Of a DNA stretch of 64,000 bases, positions 47,867 to 59,989 are shown one piece after another (position 1 is the stretch's first letter; each line of letters begins with the position of its first letter). The position numbers were made by a program, and so were the translations under genes. The notes under the pieces were generated by a model, which had not been told where the DNA came from, did not search any database, and was given only the letters and a program-made list of their open reading frames with translations. The DNA is taken from positions 686,633-750,632 of the forward strand of contig CAVTHO010000005.1 in NCBI GenBank assembly GCA_963734545.1, read 5' to 3'. The stretch comes from an uncultured Spirochaetota bacterium (GTDB lineage: Bacteria; Spirochaetota; Spirochaetia; SZUA-6; Fen-1364).

Positions 47867-49390
47867 ATGGCAGACGTGTTTCTCGAGGTGCGCCGCATTT
47901 CCAAGGCGTACGTCGGCGTGCAGGCACTCAACGAGGTGAGCCTTTCCATCGGGACCGGCGAGGTGCACTGCCTCGTGGGAGAGAACGGCTCGGGCAAGTC
48001 GACGCTCATCAAGTGCATCGGCGGCGTGGTGACGCCGGATTCCGGGCAGATCGTCATCAACGGCCGGGCGCACGAGCACCTCGAGGCCATCGATGCGATC
48101 CGCGAGGGGATCCAGATCATCTACCAGGACCTCTCCCTGTATCCCAACGTGACGGTGGCGGAGAATATTTCCCTGAACCAGTTCGTCGAGCGCCGCGCGA
48201 GCTTCGTGAACTGGGCGGAGGTGCGCGCCATCGCGGCCCGGGGGCTCGCGGAGATCGAGGAAGAGATCGACCTGGACGCCCTCGTGCAGAACCTGCCGGT
48301 GGCGAAGCGCCAGGTCGTGGCCATCACCCGCAGCCTCACCCAGGGCGCAAAGCTGATCATCATGGACGAGCCGACCTCGGCCATCACCCGCCAGGACGTG
48401 GACCATCTCTTCTCCGTCATCGCGCGGCTGAAGCAGAAGGGGATCTCCACGCTGTTCATCAGCCACAAGCTGAGCGAGGTCTTCGAGATCGCGGACCTCG
48501 TCACCATCCTCCGGGACGGGAAAAAGGTAGGAGACTACCCTGCCGGAGAGCTGGACGACCAGAAGCTCACCTTCCTCATGACGGGGCGGAACATCCAGTA
48601 CACCCCCTACCGTTTTTCGAAGGAGAGGCAGGAACAGGCCCCCCTGCTCGAGGTGCGATCCTTGAGCCGGCGGGGGCACTTCCAGGATGTGAGCTTCTCC
48701 CTGCGGGCCGGGGAGATACTCGGCCTCACGGGTCTCATCGGATCGGGCCGCACCGAGCTTGCCCTTGCCCTGTTCGGGCTGAACCGCCCGGACTCGGGAG
48801 AAGTCCTTCTGCACGGGAAGCCGGTGCACATCGGATCCCCCGAGGACGCGGTGAGGCTGGGCATCGGTTATCTGCCCGAGGACCGGCTCACGCAGGGGCT
48901 GTTCATCAGCCAGTCCATCGGAGACAACATCGTCATCACCGTGCTGAAGAAGCTGCTCGCGTTCCTCGGGCTGCTCGACCCCGCCCGGGTAAGGAAAACA
49001 CAGGAGGGGTGGATCTCGGAACTGAAGATCAAGGCCCCGTCGGTGCGGGTACGCGCGTGGAGCCTCTCGGGGGGCAACCAGCAGAGGGTGGTCCTGGCGA
49101 AGTGGCTGGCCACCGAGCCGAAGGTGTTCATCCTGGACGGGCCGACCATCGGAATAGACATCGCCTCGAAGAGCAACATCCACGAGATCATCCGCTCCCT
49201 CGCGGAGAAGGGGATCGCCATCATCGTGATCTCCGACGAGATCCCGGAGATCCTGCACAGCTGCAACCGTGTCCTCGTGATGCGCGAGGGGCGGCTGGAA
49301 AAGGAGGTCCCTGACGTCGCCGCCGTCGGGGAGGCGGAGCTGCTCTCTGTCGTCAGCGGAAAGCTCTCCAACGGGATGGCGCGCCCATGA
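47867..49390 (+). CDS. Sugar ABC transporter ATP-binding protein (RbsA-like, two ABC domains)
   Basis: GENGSGKST, MDEPT, ISHKL, LSGGNQQRV. Confidence 0.93.
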   Translation: MADVFLEVRRISKAYVGVQALNEVSLSIGTGEVHCLVGENGSGKSTLIKCIGGVVTPDSGQIVINGRAHEHLEAIDAIREGIQIIYQDLSLYPNVTVAENISLNQFVERRASFVNWAEVRAIAARGLAEIEEEIDLDALVQNLPVAKRQVVAITRSLTQGAKLIIMDEPTSAITRQDVDHLFSVIARLKQKGISTLFISHKLSEVFEIADLVTILRDGKKVGDYPAGELDDQKLTFLMTGRNIQYTPYRFSKERQEQAPLLEVRSLSRRGHFQDVSFSLRAGEILGLTGLIGSGRTELALALFGLNRPDSGEVLLHGKPVHIGSPEDAVRLGIGYLPEDRLTQGLFISQSIGDNIVITVLKKLLAFLGLLDPARVRKTQEGWISELKIKAPSVRVRAWSLSGGNQQRVVLAKWLATEPKVFILDGPTIGIDIASKSNIHEIIRSLAEKGIAIIVISDEIPEILHSCNRVLVMREGRLEKEVPDVAAVGEAELLSVVSGKLSNGMARP

Positions 49391-50415
49391 GATTGTCACC
49401 TGCGGTGGCCGCGGGTCTCCTGCGGCGCAACGAGTTCTACCTGCTCCTGGTGATCGTGGTGTTCTCCGCGGCCATCACGATCGTGAACCCCGCGTTCCTC
49501 ACCGTGGAGAACATGTTCGACCTGATCCGCTCCAGCGCCGGCATGGCCATTCTCGCGGTGGGGTTCTTCGTCGTCCTCCTCTCCGGCGGGATCGACGTCT
49601 CCTTCCCCTCCGTGGCAATCGTGGCGCAGTACATCACGGTGAATGCCATCATCTCCCTGGGCGTCGACAACCTCTGGCTCGCCTTCGCCATCTCCAGCGC
49701 CATCGGGATTGCATTCGGCGCGGTGAATGCCTTCTTCATCTCGGTCTTCCGGATCCCCACCTTCATCGTGACGCTGGCCACGATGAACATCTTCCACGGC
49801 GCAATGCTCGAGTTCGTCGGCACCAAGGCGGTCAACGCGGGCCAGCTTCCCAACTGCTTCAAGGGCTTCGGGCTCGCCGACATCCTCTCCCTCCCGCGTG
49901 CCGACGGGACAACGTACGGGCTGTCCGTGTTCTTCCTCGTGCTCGTCGGTGTGATCCTCGTCACCTGGGTGATCCTGAAATACACCGTGCTGGGAAGGGC
50001 CATCTACGCCATGGGCGGCAACATGGAGGCGGTCAAACGCTCGGGGTACAACATCCGCCGCACCCAGTTCTTCATCTACTGCTACGTCGGGCTGCTCGCC
50101 TCGATCATGGGGATCATCCACGTGTCTCTCATCCGCTACAGCAACGCGACGTACATCATCGATTCGGAGCTCCTCCACGTCATCGCCGCGGTCGTCCTGG
50201 GCGGGGCGAGCATCCTCGGGGGGTCGGGGACCCTCACGGGGACGCTCCTCGGGGTCGTGATGATCTCCATACTGGAGAAGAACCTCGTGCTCCTCGGGCT
50301 GTCCTCCTACTGGCAGCAGTTCTTCGTCGGCCTGATCATCGTGCTCGGAGTGAGCATCACCCACATCCAGAAGCGGATCCAGAGCCGCCGCTCCCTCGCC
50401 CTGGCGCGGGAGTGA
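49387..50415 (+). CDS. Sugar ABC transporter permease 1
   Basis: GGIDVS, IPTFIVTLA, GGNMEA, IAAVVLGGASILGGSG. Confidence 0.92.
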   Translation: MRLSPAVAAGLLRRNEFYLLLVIVVFSAAITIVNPAFLTVENMFDLIRSSAGMAILAVGFFVVLLSGGIDVSFPSVAIVAQYITVNAIISLGVDNLWLAFAISSAIGIAFGAVNAFFISVFRIPTFIVTLATMNIFHGAMLEFVGTKAVNAGQLPNCFKGFGLADILSLPRADGTTYGLSVFFLVLVGVILVTWVILKYTVLGRAIYAMGGNMEAVKRSGYNIRRTQFFIYCYVGLLASIMGIIHVSLIRYSNATYIIDSELLHVIAAVVLGGASILGGSGTLTGTLLGVVMISILEKNLVLLGLSSYWQQFFVGLIIVLGVSITHIQKRIQSRRSLALARE

Positions 50416-50446
50416 GCATGGCGCCCGGGATCCGGCGGAGGCGCGC

Positions 50447-51490
50447 GTGAACACGAAGCTGTCGAACAACCTGACCCTCTTCTGCATCTTCATCGTGGTG
50501 ACAGGGATCATGTCCGTCTTCCTGCCCGCGCAGTTCATGACCCTGCGCAACTTCACTTCCATGGGCCTGCAGTTCCCCGAGTACGGCCTGCTCGCCCTGG
50601 CGAACATGCTGGCCATGATCACCGGCGGCATCGACCTGTCGGTCGTCTCTATTGCGAGCCTCTCCGGAGTCCTCTCCGCCTCGTTGCTCTCCCAGCACGC
50701 CACCCTCGGCATGCCGGTGGGGACGGTGATCGTCCTGGGCATCCTCATCGCCCTCGTCGTGTCCGTCCTCTGCGGGCTGCTGAACGGGGTGATCATCGCC
50801 TACATCAGGGTGCCGGCGATCATCGCCACCCTGGGAACCCAGGGCCTTTTCCTCGGCATCTCGATCATCATCACAAAGGGTCACGGCATCGGCGGTTTCC
50901 CGCCGGCATTCCTGTTCATCGGCAACGGCTCCCTGCTCGGGATGCCGACGCAGTTCGTCATCTTTGTCGTGATCGCGCTCCTTGTCGGTCTCGTGCTCAC
51001 CCGCACACCGCAGGGCTTCTCCATGCTCATGTACGGCTCCAGTCCCCAGGTGGCGCGCTTCTCCGGCATCAACAACGAGATGGTCCTCATCAAGACCTAT
51101 GCGCTCACCGGCCTTCTGGCAGGGGTGGCCTCCCTCATCATCATATCAGGGGTCAACTCCATCCGGCCCGGCTACGGCTCGGACTACCTCCTGCTCTCCA
51201 TTCTCATCGCTATTCTCGGCGGCACGGACCCGGTCGGCGGATTCGGCACGGTGCTCGGTCTCACCCTGGCCATCTTCATCATGCAGGCCCTGCAGAGCGG
51301 TCTCAACATCCTGAGCTTTTCCCCGTTCATGAAGAAGTTCATCTGGGGACTCCTCCTTCTCCTGGTGATGGTTTTCCACTACTACCGGCGCCTGTACGCG
51401 CAACGGCGCACCGTGCGCAAGTCCGCGGCGCAAAATCCGCCGGGTACGTCGCCGCCGAAGCAGGCTCTCAACGGGCAGTCAACGGCCTGA
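50447..51490 (+). CDS. Sugar ABC transporter permease 2
   Basis: GGIDLS, VPAIIATLGT, ARFSGI, ILGGTDPVGGFG. Confidence 0.92.
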   Translation: MNTKLSNNLTLFCIFIVVTGIMSVFLPAQFMTLRNFTSMGLQFPEYGLLALANMLAMITGGIDLSVVSIASLSGVLSASLLSQHATLGMPVGTVIVLGILIALVVSVLCGLLNGVIIAYIRVPAIIATLGTQGLFLGISIIITKGHGIGGFPPAFLFIGNGSLLGMPTQFVIFVVIALLVGLVLTRTPQGFSMLMYGSSPQVARFSGINNEMVLIKTYALTGLLAGVASLIIISGVNSIRPGYGSDYLLLSILIAILGGTDPVGGFGTVLGLTLAIFIMQALQSGLNILSFSPFMKKFIWGLLLLLVMVFHYYRRLYAQRRTVRKSAAQNPPGTSPPKQALNGQSTA

Positions 51491-51500
51491 GGCTGATGCA

Positions 51501-52131
51501 GTGAAACGATACGTCCTGGGTATCGATGCAGGCACAGAGAGCTTCCGGGCAGGTGTATTTGACGCGTCGGGAAAATGCCTCGGCTTCGGCGTGAGCCCCA
51601 ACAAAACCGTCCATCGCCACCCCGGCTGGGCCGAGCAGAGCCCTCGTGACTGGGATTCCGCCCTGGTTGACTGCATCCGCAGGGCTTTGCAGGAATCGCG
51701 CGTCTCAGGGTCGGATATCGGGGGCATCGGCGTGGACGGCACGAGCTGTACCGTGGTGTTCCTGGACGGCGCGGGGGAGCCCCTGCGCGACGCCATCATG
51801 TGGATGGATATCCGTGCGGTGAAGGAGGCGGCGGATGCCGCGGCGACCGGGGATCCGGCTCTGCGCTACGTGGGCGGGGGAAATGTCTCCGCGGAATGGT
51901 TCCCCTGCAAGACAGCCTGGGTGAAACGCAATGAGCCCGAGGTCTATGCGAAGGCGGCAACCGTCTTCGAGCAGACCGACTGGCTGGCGCTGCGGCTCAC
52001 CGGTGAGACGACCGCGAATATCGATACAACGACAATCCGGTGGTTCTACAACATCAACGAGGGCGGGCTCCCTGTCTCCCTGTACCGGGCCATGGGTCTC
52101 GAGGACCTGCTGAAAAAGGTGCCGTCACGCG
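51501..52131 (+). CDS. FGGY-family kinase (ribulokinase-like), N-terminal ~210 aa only, cut at the fold-back point
   Basis: YVLGIDAGTES, GIGVDGTSCTVV, IMWMDIRA, SAEWFPCK; reading breaks at the hairpin centre. Confidence 0.85.
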
Positions 52132-52132
52132 T

Positions 52133-54849
52133 CGTGACGGCACCTTTTCGCCGCAGGTCCTCGTTCATAGCCGGTACAGGGAGACGGCCTCGTTGATGTT
52201 GTAGACCGCCTGATTGTCGTTGTATCGATATTCGCGGTCGTTGACCGCTGGCGGCGGCCAGCCACGGTCTGCTCGAAGACGGTTGCCGCCTTCGCGTAGA
52301 CCTCGGCTCCCGTTTCGCCGCCGGTGTTTGCAGGGGAACCGTACCGCGGAGGCGTTTTCCCCGCCCACGTAGCGCAGGGCAGGATCCCCGGTCGCCGCGG
52401 CATCCGCCGCCTCCTTCACCGCACGGATGTCCATCCACATGATGGCGTCGCGCAGGGGCTCCCCCGCGGCGTCAAGGAACACCACGGTACAGCTCGTGCC
52501 GTCCACGCCGATGCCGATATCCGACCCTGACGCGCGATTCCTGCAAAGCCCTGCGGATGCAGACCAGGGCGGTCCGGTCACGGGGGCTCTCCTCGGCCCA
52601 GAGCGGGGTGGCGATCGACGGTTTTGTTGGGGCTCACGCCGAAGCCGAGGCATTTTCCCCAACGCGTCGAACACCTCCCCGGAAGCTCTCTGTGCCTGCA
52701 TCGATACCCAGGACGTATCGTTTCAGAATTGCATCAGCCTCAGGCCGTTGACTGCCCGTTGAGAGCCTGCTTCGGCGGCGACGTACTCGGCGGATTCTGC
52801 ATCGACGTACAGGGCATTTTGCGCCGCGACTGCGCACGGTGCGGCCGTTGCGCGTACAGGTAGTAGTGGAAAACCATCACCAGGAGAAGGAGGAGTCCCC
52901 GGATCGAACTTCTTCATGAACGGGGAAAAGCTCAGGATGTTGAGACCGCTCTGCAGGGCCTGCATGATGAAGATGGCCAGGGTGAGACCGAGCACCGTGC
53001 CGATCCACCAACAGGGTCCGTGCACGCCGAGAATAGCGATGAGAATGGAGAGCAGGAGGTAGTCCGAGCCGTCAGCACCAGGGCAGGGATGGAGTTGACC
53101 CCTGATATGATGATGAGGGAGGCCACCCTGCCGGTGAGCGCATAGGTCTTGATGAGGACCATCTCGTTGTTGATCCCGAGGGCCTGGGGACTGGGGCGTA
53201 CATGACCATGGAGAAGCCCTGCGGTGTGCGGGTGAGCACGAGACCGAAAGGAGTGCGATCACGACGAAGATGACGAACTGCGTCGGCATCCCAGCAGGGA
53301 GGCGTCCCCGATGGAGCAGGAATCCCGGCGGAAACCGCCGATGCCGTGACCCTTTGTGACGATGATCGAGATGCCGAGGAAAAGGCCGACGGAGTTCCCA
53401 GGGTGGCGATGAGATGGCCGGCACCCTGATGTAGGCGATGATCACCGATTTTCAGCAGCCCGCAGAGGACGGACACGACGAGGGCGATGAGGATGCCAGG
53501 ACGATCACCGTCCCCCACCGGCATGCCGAGGGTGGCGTGCTGGGAGAGCAGCGAGGCGGGAGAAGAAGCTCCGGAGAGGCTCGCAATAGAGACGACCGAC
53601 AGGTCGATGCCGCCGGTGATCATGGCCAGCATGTTCGCCAGGGCGAGCAGGCCGTACTCGGGGAACTGCAGGCCCATGGAAGTGAAGTTGCGCAGGGTCA
53701 TGAACTGCGAGGGCAGGGAGGACGGACATGATCCTGTCCCCGCGATGGAGGTGGGAGGAGACGGTCTTTTTTCGACGGTTTCGTGTTGGCGCGCACCTCC
53801 CACCAGGATCCCGGGCGCCATGCTCACTCCCGCGCCAGGGCGAGGGAGACACGCCCCTATATCCGCTTCTGGATGTGGGTGATGCTCACTCCAAGCACGA
53901 TGATCAGGCCGACGAAGAACTGCTGCCAGTAGGAGGACAGCCCGAGGAGCACGAGACCCTCCGTATGGAGATCATCACGACCCCGAGGAGCGTCCCCGTG
54001 AGGGTCCCCGACCCCGAGAGGATGCTCCGCCCCGCCCAGGACGACCGCGGCGATGACGTGGAGGAGCTCCGAATCGATGATGTACGTCGCGTTGCTGTAG
54101 CGGATGAGAGACACGTGGATGATCCCCATGATCGAGGCGAGCAGCCCGACGTAGCAGTAGATGAAGAACTGGGTGCGGCGGATGTTGTACCCCGAGCGTT
54201 TGACCGCCTCCATGTTGCCGCCCATGGCGTAGATGGCCCTTCCCCAGCACGGTGTATTTCAGGATCACCCAGGTGACGAGGATCACACCGACGAGCACGA
54301 GGAAGAACACGGACAGCCCGTACGTTGTCCCGTCGGCACGCGGAGGGAGAGGATGTCGGCGAGCCCGAAGCCCTTGAAGCAGTTGGGAAGCTGGCCCGCG
54401 TTGACCGCCTTGGTGCCGACGAACTCGAGCACTGCGCCGTGGAAGATGTTCATCGTGGCCAGCGTCACGATGAAGGTGGGGATACGGAAGACCGAGATGA
54501 AGAAGGCATTCACCGCGCCGAATGCAATCCCGATGGCGCTGGAGATGGCGAAGGCGAGCCAGAGGTTGTCGACGCCCAGGGAGATGATGGCGTTCACCGT
54601 GATGTACTGCGCCACGATTGCCACGGAGGGGAAGGAGACGTCGATCCCGCCGGAGAGGAGGACGACGAAGAACCCCACCGCGAGAATGGCCATGCCGGCG
54701 CTGGAGCGGATCAGGTCGAACATGTTCTCCACGGTGAGGAACGCGGGGTTCACGATCGTGATGGCCGCGGAGAAAACCACGATCACCAGGAACAGGTAGA
54801 ACTCGTTGCGCCGCAGGAGACCCGCGGCCACCGCAGGTGACAATCTCAT
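52133..54849 (-). pseudogene. Mirror copies of the FGGY fragment and both permeases, heavily indel-damaged
   Basis: Fragments such as MRLSPAVAAGLLRRNEFY, QFMTLRNFTSMGLQFPEY and GVDGTSCTVV in shifting frames. Confidence 0.8.
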
Positions 54850-56369
54850 GGGCGCGCCATCCCGTTGGAGAGCTTTCCGCTGACGACAGAGAGCAGCTCC
54901 GCCTCCCCGACGGCGGCGACGTCAGGGACCTCCTTTTCCAGCCGCCCCTCGCGCATCACGAGGACACGGTTGCAGCTGTGCAGGATCTCCGGGATCTCAT
55001 CGGAGATCACGATGATGGCGATCCCCTTCTCCGCGAGGGAGCGGATGATCTCGTGGATGTTGCTCTTCGAGGCGATGTCTATTCCGATGGTCGGCCCGTC
55101 CAGGATGAACACCTTCGGCTCGGTGGCCAGCCACTTCGCCAAGACCACCCTCTGCTGGTTGCCCCCCGAGAGGCTCCACGCGCGTACCCGCACCGACGGG
55201 GCCTTGATCTTCAGTTCCGAGATCCACCCCTCCTGTGTTTTCTTTACCCGGGCGGGGTCGAGCAGCCCGAGGAACGCGAGCAGCTTCTTCAGCACGGTGA
55301 TGACGATGTTGTCCCCGATGGACTGGCTGATGAACAGCCCCTGCGTGAGCCGGTCCTCGGGCAGATAACCGATGCCCAGCCTCACCGCGTCCTCGGGGGA
55401 TCCGATGTGCACCGGCTTCCCGTGCAGAAGGACTTCTCCCGAGTCCGGGCGGTTCAGCCCGAACAGGGCAAGGGCAAGCTCGGTGCGGCCCGATCCGATG
55501 AGACCCGTGAGGCCGAGTATCTCCCGGCCCGCAGGGAGAAGCTCACATCCTGGAAGTGCCCCCGGCGGCTCAAGGATCGCACCTCGAGCAGGGGGGCCTG
55601 TTCCTGCCTCTCCTTCGAAAAACGGTAGGGGGTGTACTGGATGTTCCGCCCCGTCATGAGGAAGGTGAGCTTCTGGTCGTCCAGCTCTCCGGCAGGGTAG
55701 TCTCCGACCTTCTTCCCGTCCCGGAGGATGGTGACGAGGTCCGCGATCTCGAAGACCTCGCTCAGCTTGTGGCTGATGAACAGCGTGGAGATGCCCTTCT
55801 GCTTCAGCCGCGCGATGACGGAGAAGAGGTGGTCCACGTCCTGGCGGGTGATGGCCGAGGTCGGCTCGTCCATGATGATCAGCTTCGCGCCCTGGGTGAG
55901 GCTGCGGGTGATGGCCACGACCTGGCGCTTCGCCACCGGCAGGTTCTGCACGAGGGCGTCCAGGTCGATCTCTTCCTCGATCTCCGCGAGGCCCCGGGCC
56001 GCGATGGCGCGCACCTCCGCCCAGTTCACGAAGCTCGCGCGGCGCTCGACGAACTGGTTCAGGGAAATATTCTCTGCCACGGTCACGTTGGGATACAGGG
56101 AGAGGTCCTGGTAGATGATCTGGATCCCCTCGCGGATCGCATCGATGGCCTCGAGGTGCTCGTGCGCCCGGCCGTTGATGACGATCTGCCCGGAATCCGG
56201 CGTCACCACGCCGCCGATGCACTTGATGAGCGTCGACTTGCCCGAGCCGTTCTCTCCCGACGAGGCAGTGCACCTCGCCGGTCCCGATGGAAAGGCTCAC
56301 CTCGTTGAGTGCCTGCACGCCGACGTACGCCTTGGAAATGCGGCGCACCTCGAGGAACACGTCTGCCAT
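54846..56369 (-). pseudogene. Mirror copy of the sugar ABC ATPase, frameshifted
   Basis: Same protein as 47867-49390, split across frames. Confidence 0.8.
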
Positions 56370-56455
56370 GCTTCCCCCAGAAAAAAAACGGGTTGACCGG
56401 ATAGTCGCACGAGAATGCGGCACCGATCAACCCGCGATTCTAACGAAAGGTCGGG

Positions 56456-57499
56456 TTACAGCTTGTACTTCCCGTCGGGATTGACCCAGTCCTTCAGGTT
56501 GTCCTTGTTCACGTCCACCCACGCCGCGCCGTAGATGACCGGCACAGCCGGAGTCGTTGTTCTTGAGCGTGACCTTCTCATCACCGGGCTTGCCCATGTT
56601 CATGCCTTCGGTGACCTTGTTTCCCTTCAGCAGCTCATAGGCCGCGCGCGCCGTGACGTCACCGGCGTCCGCGGGGACCCAGAAATGGATGGAGATGACC
56701 GCGCCGCTCTTGATGTAGTCACCGGCGACGGACGGGAGGCAGGTGCCGAACGCGGCCACCTTGCCGATGAGGCCCTTCTCCGTGATTGCCTGGGCGGCAC
56801 CGGGCACGGTGCTCATGGCGCTTCCCATGACCGTCCTCAGGTCGGGGTATGTCTTCAGCAGCTCGAGGGTCTTGTCGTGCGAGATCTGCTGGTTCTCCTG
56901 CTCCTCGATGCGGTCAGTTGCCGTCTTCAGGCCGGGGTACACGGCAGTGGCCTGCGCCACTTCTCCGTCCACCCACTGGTTGTGCGTCGTGGAGGTGAGG
57001 TGCCCGACGAACGGCTGCCACATGCCCTTGTTTCCCATCCACTTCGCCATGACGTCCATCATGTGCTTGCCGTAGGCCGTGTTGTCGAAGGCTTCGACAT
57101 CGTAGCTGACCTGCTGCTGAACGGACGCTTCATGGGTGAGAGTGAAGATGCCTGCGTCGTTCGCCCTCTTGAAAACCGAGACGAGCGATGCCGGTAATTG
57201 GGAACCGCGAGGATGGCGTTGACGCCCTTGGCCGTCAGGTCTTCGATGATCTTGGCCTGGACAGCGGGGTCCGCCGTGGCGCCGCCGGTCTGGGAGGCGG
57301 TGATGTCGGGATAGTCCTTGCCGAAGGCCGTGATCCCGGTCCGCATGTTGTCGAACCAGGCGACGCCTTCAAGCTTCACCACCATCACAATGCTCTTTTG
57401 CTTGCCGCCGGCCGCCGCGCCCTTTTCACCTCCACCCGAGGCAAATGCCAGGGTTGAAATGAAGAGGAGCGATGCGAGAATGACAAGGAATCTCCTCAT
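56456..57499 (-). pseudogene. Mirror copy of the sugar-binding protein, frameshifted
   Basis: MRRFLVILASLL... and MMDVMAKWMG... in separate ORFs. Confidence 0.8.
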
Positions 57500-57810
57500 A
57501 CAAAAGCCTCCTTACTCAGGGATTTCGAGGGAAACGAGCCTCCCTCCCGGGCGAGTCGTTGCCCATCATTCGGGCAGAATTATCAGGCCGTTTCCTGTTG
57601 TTGTCAAGATTAATATTAGCTAAAGAGCGGCGTGCAGCGGTTTGTTAATAACGGACATTTTGGCAAAAAAAAGCAGGCAAATTCGAAACTGACGCCACGC
57701 CTGATCGATTAATTATTTACTGCACAAGATGATAGGAGAATAGGGGTGATTGTCCAGAAGAACTAAAATATGATTTGTCTTTAATTAAAAAGGTGTGGTA
57801 TAACCGAGGC

Positions 57811-58919
57811 ATGAACATAGTAAGTATTGCGAAGCAGGCCGGGGTGTCCACCGCCACCGTGTCTCTCGCGCTCAACAATCGCCAAGGCGTGAGCAAGCGA
57901 ACGCGGGAACGGATCCTGGGGATAGTACGGGAAGTGGGATACAAGAAGCGACCGTCGCGCGCGCTGATGCGCGGCACGGTGCAGCTCCTCAAGCTGATCA
58001 GGCACGGGCACACGCTGAACGAAAATCACAACGTATTCATTGCCGACTACATCGACGGGATCACGCACAAGGCCAAGGACGTGCAGCTCCGGGTCGAGTT
58101 CTCTTCCGCCTCGGCAGGCACGACCATCAATGACATCACCTACCAGATGGACCAGCAGGATGTCGCGGGTTTCCTGGTCCTGGGCACGGAGCTTTCAGCG
58201 GATGACATTCACACAATCGCTTCCACGCAGAGGCCGGTCGTGTTTCTCGACACGTTCCACGATTTCCTGCCCTACGATTTCGTGGACATGAACAATCTCG
58301 ACTCCGTCTACCTCGCCGTTTCCCGGCTCGTGCAGACGGGGCACAGGACCATCGGGATGGTGTCCTCTCCCGTCAACGTGGTCAACTTTCGCATCCGGGA
58401 GGAGGGATTCAGGAAGTCCCTGGCTGCGCTGGGACGGAGCGTCGACGAAGAGCTCATTTTCCCCGTCGACTCGACATACGAAGGCGCATACCGGGATTTT
58501 TCATCCCTGCTCTCCTCGGGGAGACGACTTCCCGAAGGGCTGTTCTGCTGCAACGACATCGTCTGCCTGGGAGTTGCCCGCGCGCTCCGCGAGGCGGGCT
58601 GCCGGGTGCCCGGGGACATTTCACTGATCGGCTTCGACAACCTTCCCGCATCCGCTCACCACGATCCTCCGCTCACCACGATCCGCGTGTCGAACAAGGA
58701 GATCGGGTCGACTGCCGTTCTCCTGTTGAAGGAGAGGATAGAAAACCCCCAGAAGCCCGGCTCCAAGGTGATGATCGCAGGAGAGCTGGTGGACCGGCAG
58801 AGCGTCCGGCAGAACCTTGAACGGGCCGCCGAACATCGCGGCACGGGCGTTCCCGGCGGCATTCGCACGGTCGCTCCGGCGGCATTCGCGCGGCAGCTCC
58901 TGGCGACATTCCTCGTTGA
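57811..58919 (+). CDS. Mirror copy of the LacI regulator (frameshift in the repeat tail)
   Basis: Near-identical to 45317-46426. Confidence 0.7.
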
Positions 58920-58975
58920 CATTTCAATCCGCGGCGGTACAATTCCCGCGTCGCAGGCTGAACAAGGAGGCCTCC

Positions 58976-59989
58976 ATGAAGAAGTTCCTGAACGAGCCGA
59001 AGCACTTTGTCGACGAGATGCTGGAAGGCATTCTGCTTGCGCACCCCGACCAGCTCGCCTTCACGGCAGGGGACCGCCGCTGCATCATCCGCGCCGGCGC
59101 GCCGAAGAAGGGCAAGGTGGGGATCGCCACCGGGGGCGGCTCGGGCCACCTGCCCCTGTTCCTGGGCTACGTGGGCCAGGGCATGCTGGACGGCTGTTCG
59201 GTGGGCGGGGTGTTCCAGTCTCCCAGCGCCGAACAGATGCACAACGTCACCCGGGCCATCAACGGCGGGGCCGGCGTGCTGTACATCTACGGCAACTACG
59301 GCGGGGACATCATGAACTTCGACATGGCCAGGGACATGGCGGCCATGGACGATATCACGGTCGAGCAGGTCGTGGGTGCCGAGGACGTGGCCTCCGCTCC
59401 GAAGGGCCAGGAGGGCAAGCGCAGGGGCGTGGCGGGGATCTTCTTCCTGTACAAGTGCGCCGGGGCCATGGCGGACACCCTCGCCCCGCTTGCCGAAGTG
59501 AAGCGCGTCGCGGAGAAGGCGGGGGCCAACGTGCGGACCATGGGGGTCGCGCTTTCCCCGAACATCGTGCCGGAGGTCGGCACGCCGCAGTTCTCCCTGG
59601 GGGAGAACGAGATGGAGATCGGGATGGGCATCCACGGGGAGCCGGGCATCCGCCGCGGCGCGCTGAAGAAGGTGGACGCCATCGTGGAAGAGATGATGGG
59701 GCCCGTGCTCAGCGACCTTCCCTTTGCAGCGGGCTCCGAGGTGGCGGTCCTCATCAACGGGTTGGGCGCCACGCCGAAGGAAGAGCTCTACCTCATCTAT
59801 CGCAAGGTCGGTCTCATCCTGAAGGAGAAGAAGATCTCGGTGTTCCACGTCTACGTCGGTGAGTTCGCCACGTCCCTGGAGATGGCCGGAGCGTCCATCT
59901 CGCTGCTGAAGCTGGACGACGAGCTGAAGAAGCTCCTCGCCCGGCCGGCGCGCACGCCGTTCTTCGAGCAGGTACAGCTGTCGACATGA
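58976..59989 (+). CDS. dhaK: Mirror copy of DhaK, intact frame
   Basis: 337 aa with a few conservative changes (IVRA>IIRA, AGMED>AAMDD). Confidence 0.75.
   Translation: MKKFLNEPKHFVDEMLEGILLAHPDQLAFTAGDRRCIIRAGAPKKGKVGIATGGGSGHLPLFLGYVGQGMLDGCSVGGVFQSPSAEQMHNVTRAINGGAGVLYIYGNYGGDIMNFDMARDMAAMDDITVEQVVGAEDVASAPKGQEGKRRGVAGIFFLYKCAGAMADTLAPLAEVKRVAEKAGANVRTMGVALSPNIVPEVGTPQFSLGENEMEIGMGIHGEPGIRRGALKKVDAIVEEMMGPVLSDLPFAAGSEVAVLINGLGATPKEELYLIYRKVGLILKEKKISVFHVYVGEFATSLEMAGASISLLKLDDELKKLLARPARTPFFEQVQLST

Noticed and set aside
46737-51490. AI-2 (Lsr) quorum-sensing system
   Set aside because: The binding protein is only family-level LsrB-like; there is no lsrR, lsrF or lsrG, and the regulator is LacI-type
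52114-52148. Borrelia-like covalently closed hairpin telomere
   Set aside because: The turn lies mid-gene in GC-rich coding DNA with no AT-rich telomere-resolvase-type site, and sequence quality collapses right after it; only read mapping can fully exclude it
57775-59862. 695-aa extended LacI ORF
   Set aside because: Frameshift in the mirror arm; the first copy has separate lacI and dhaK
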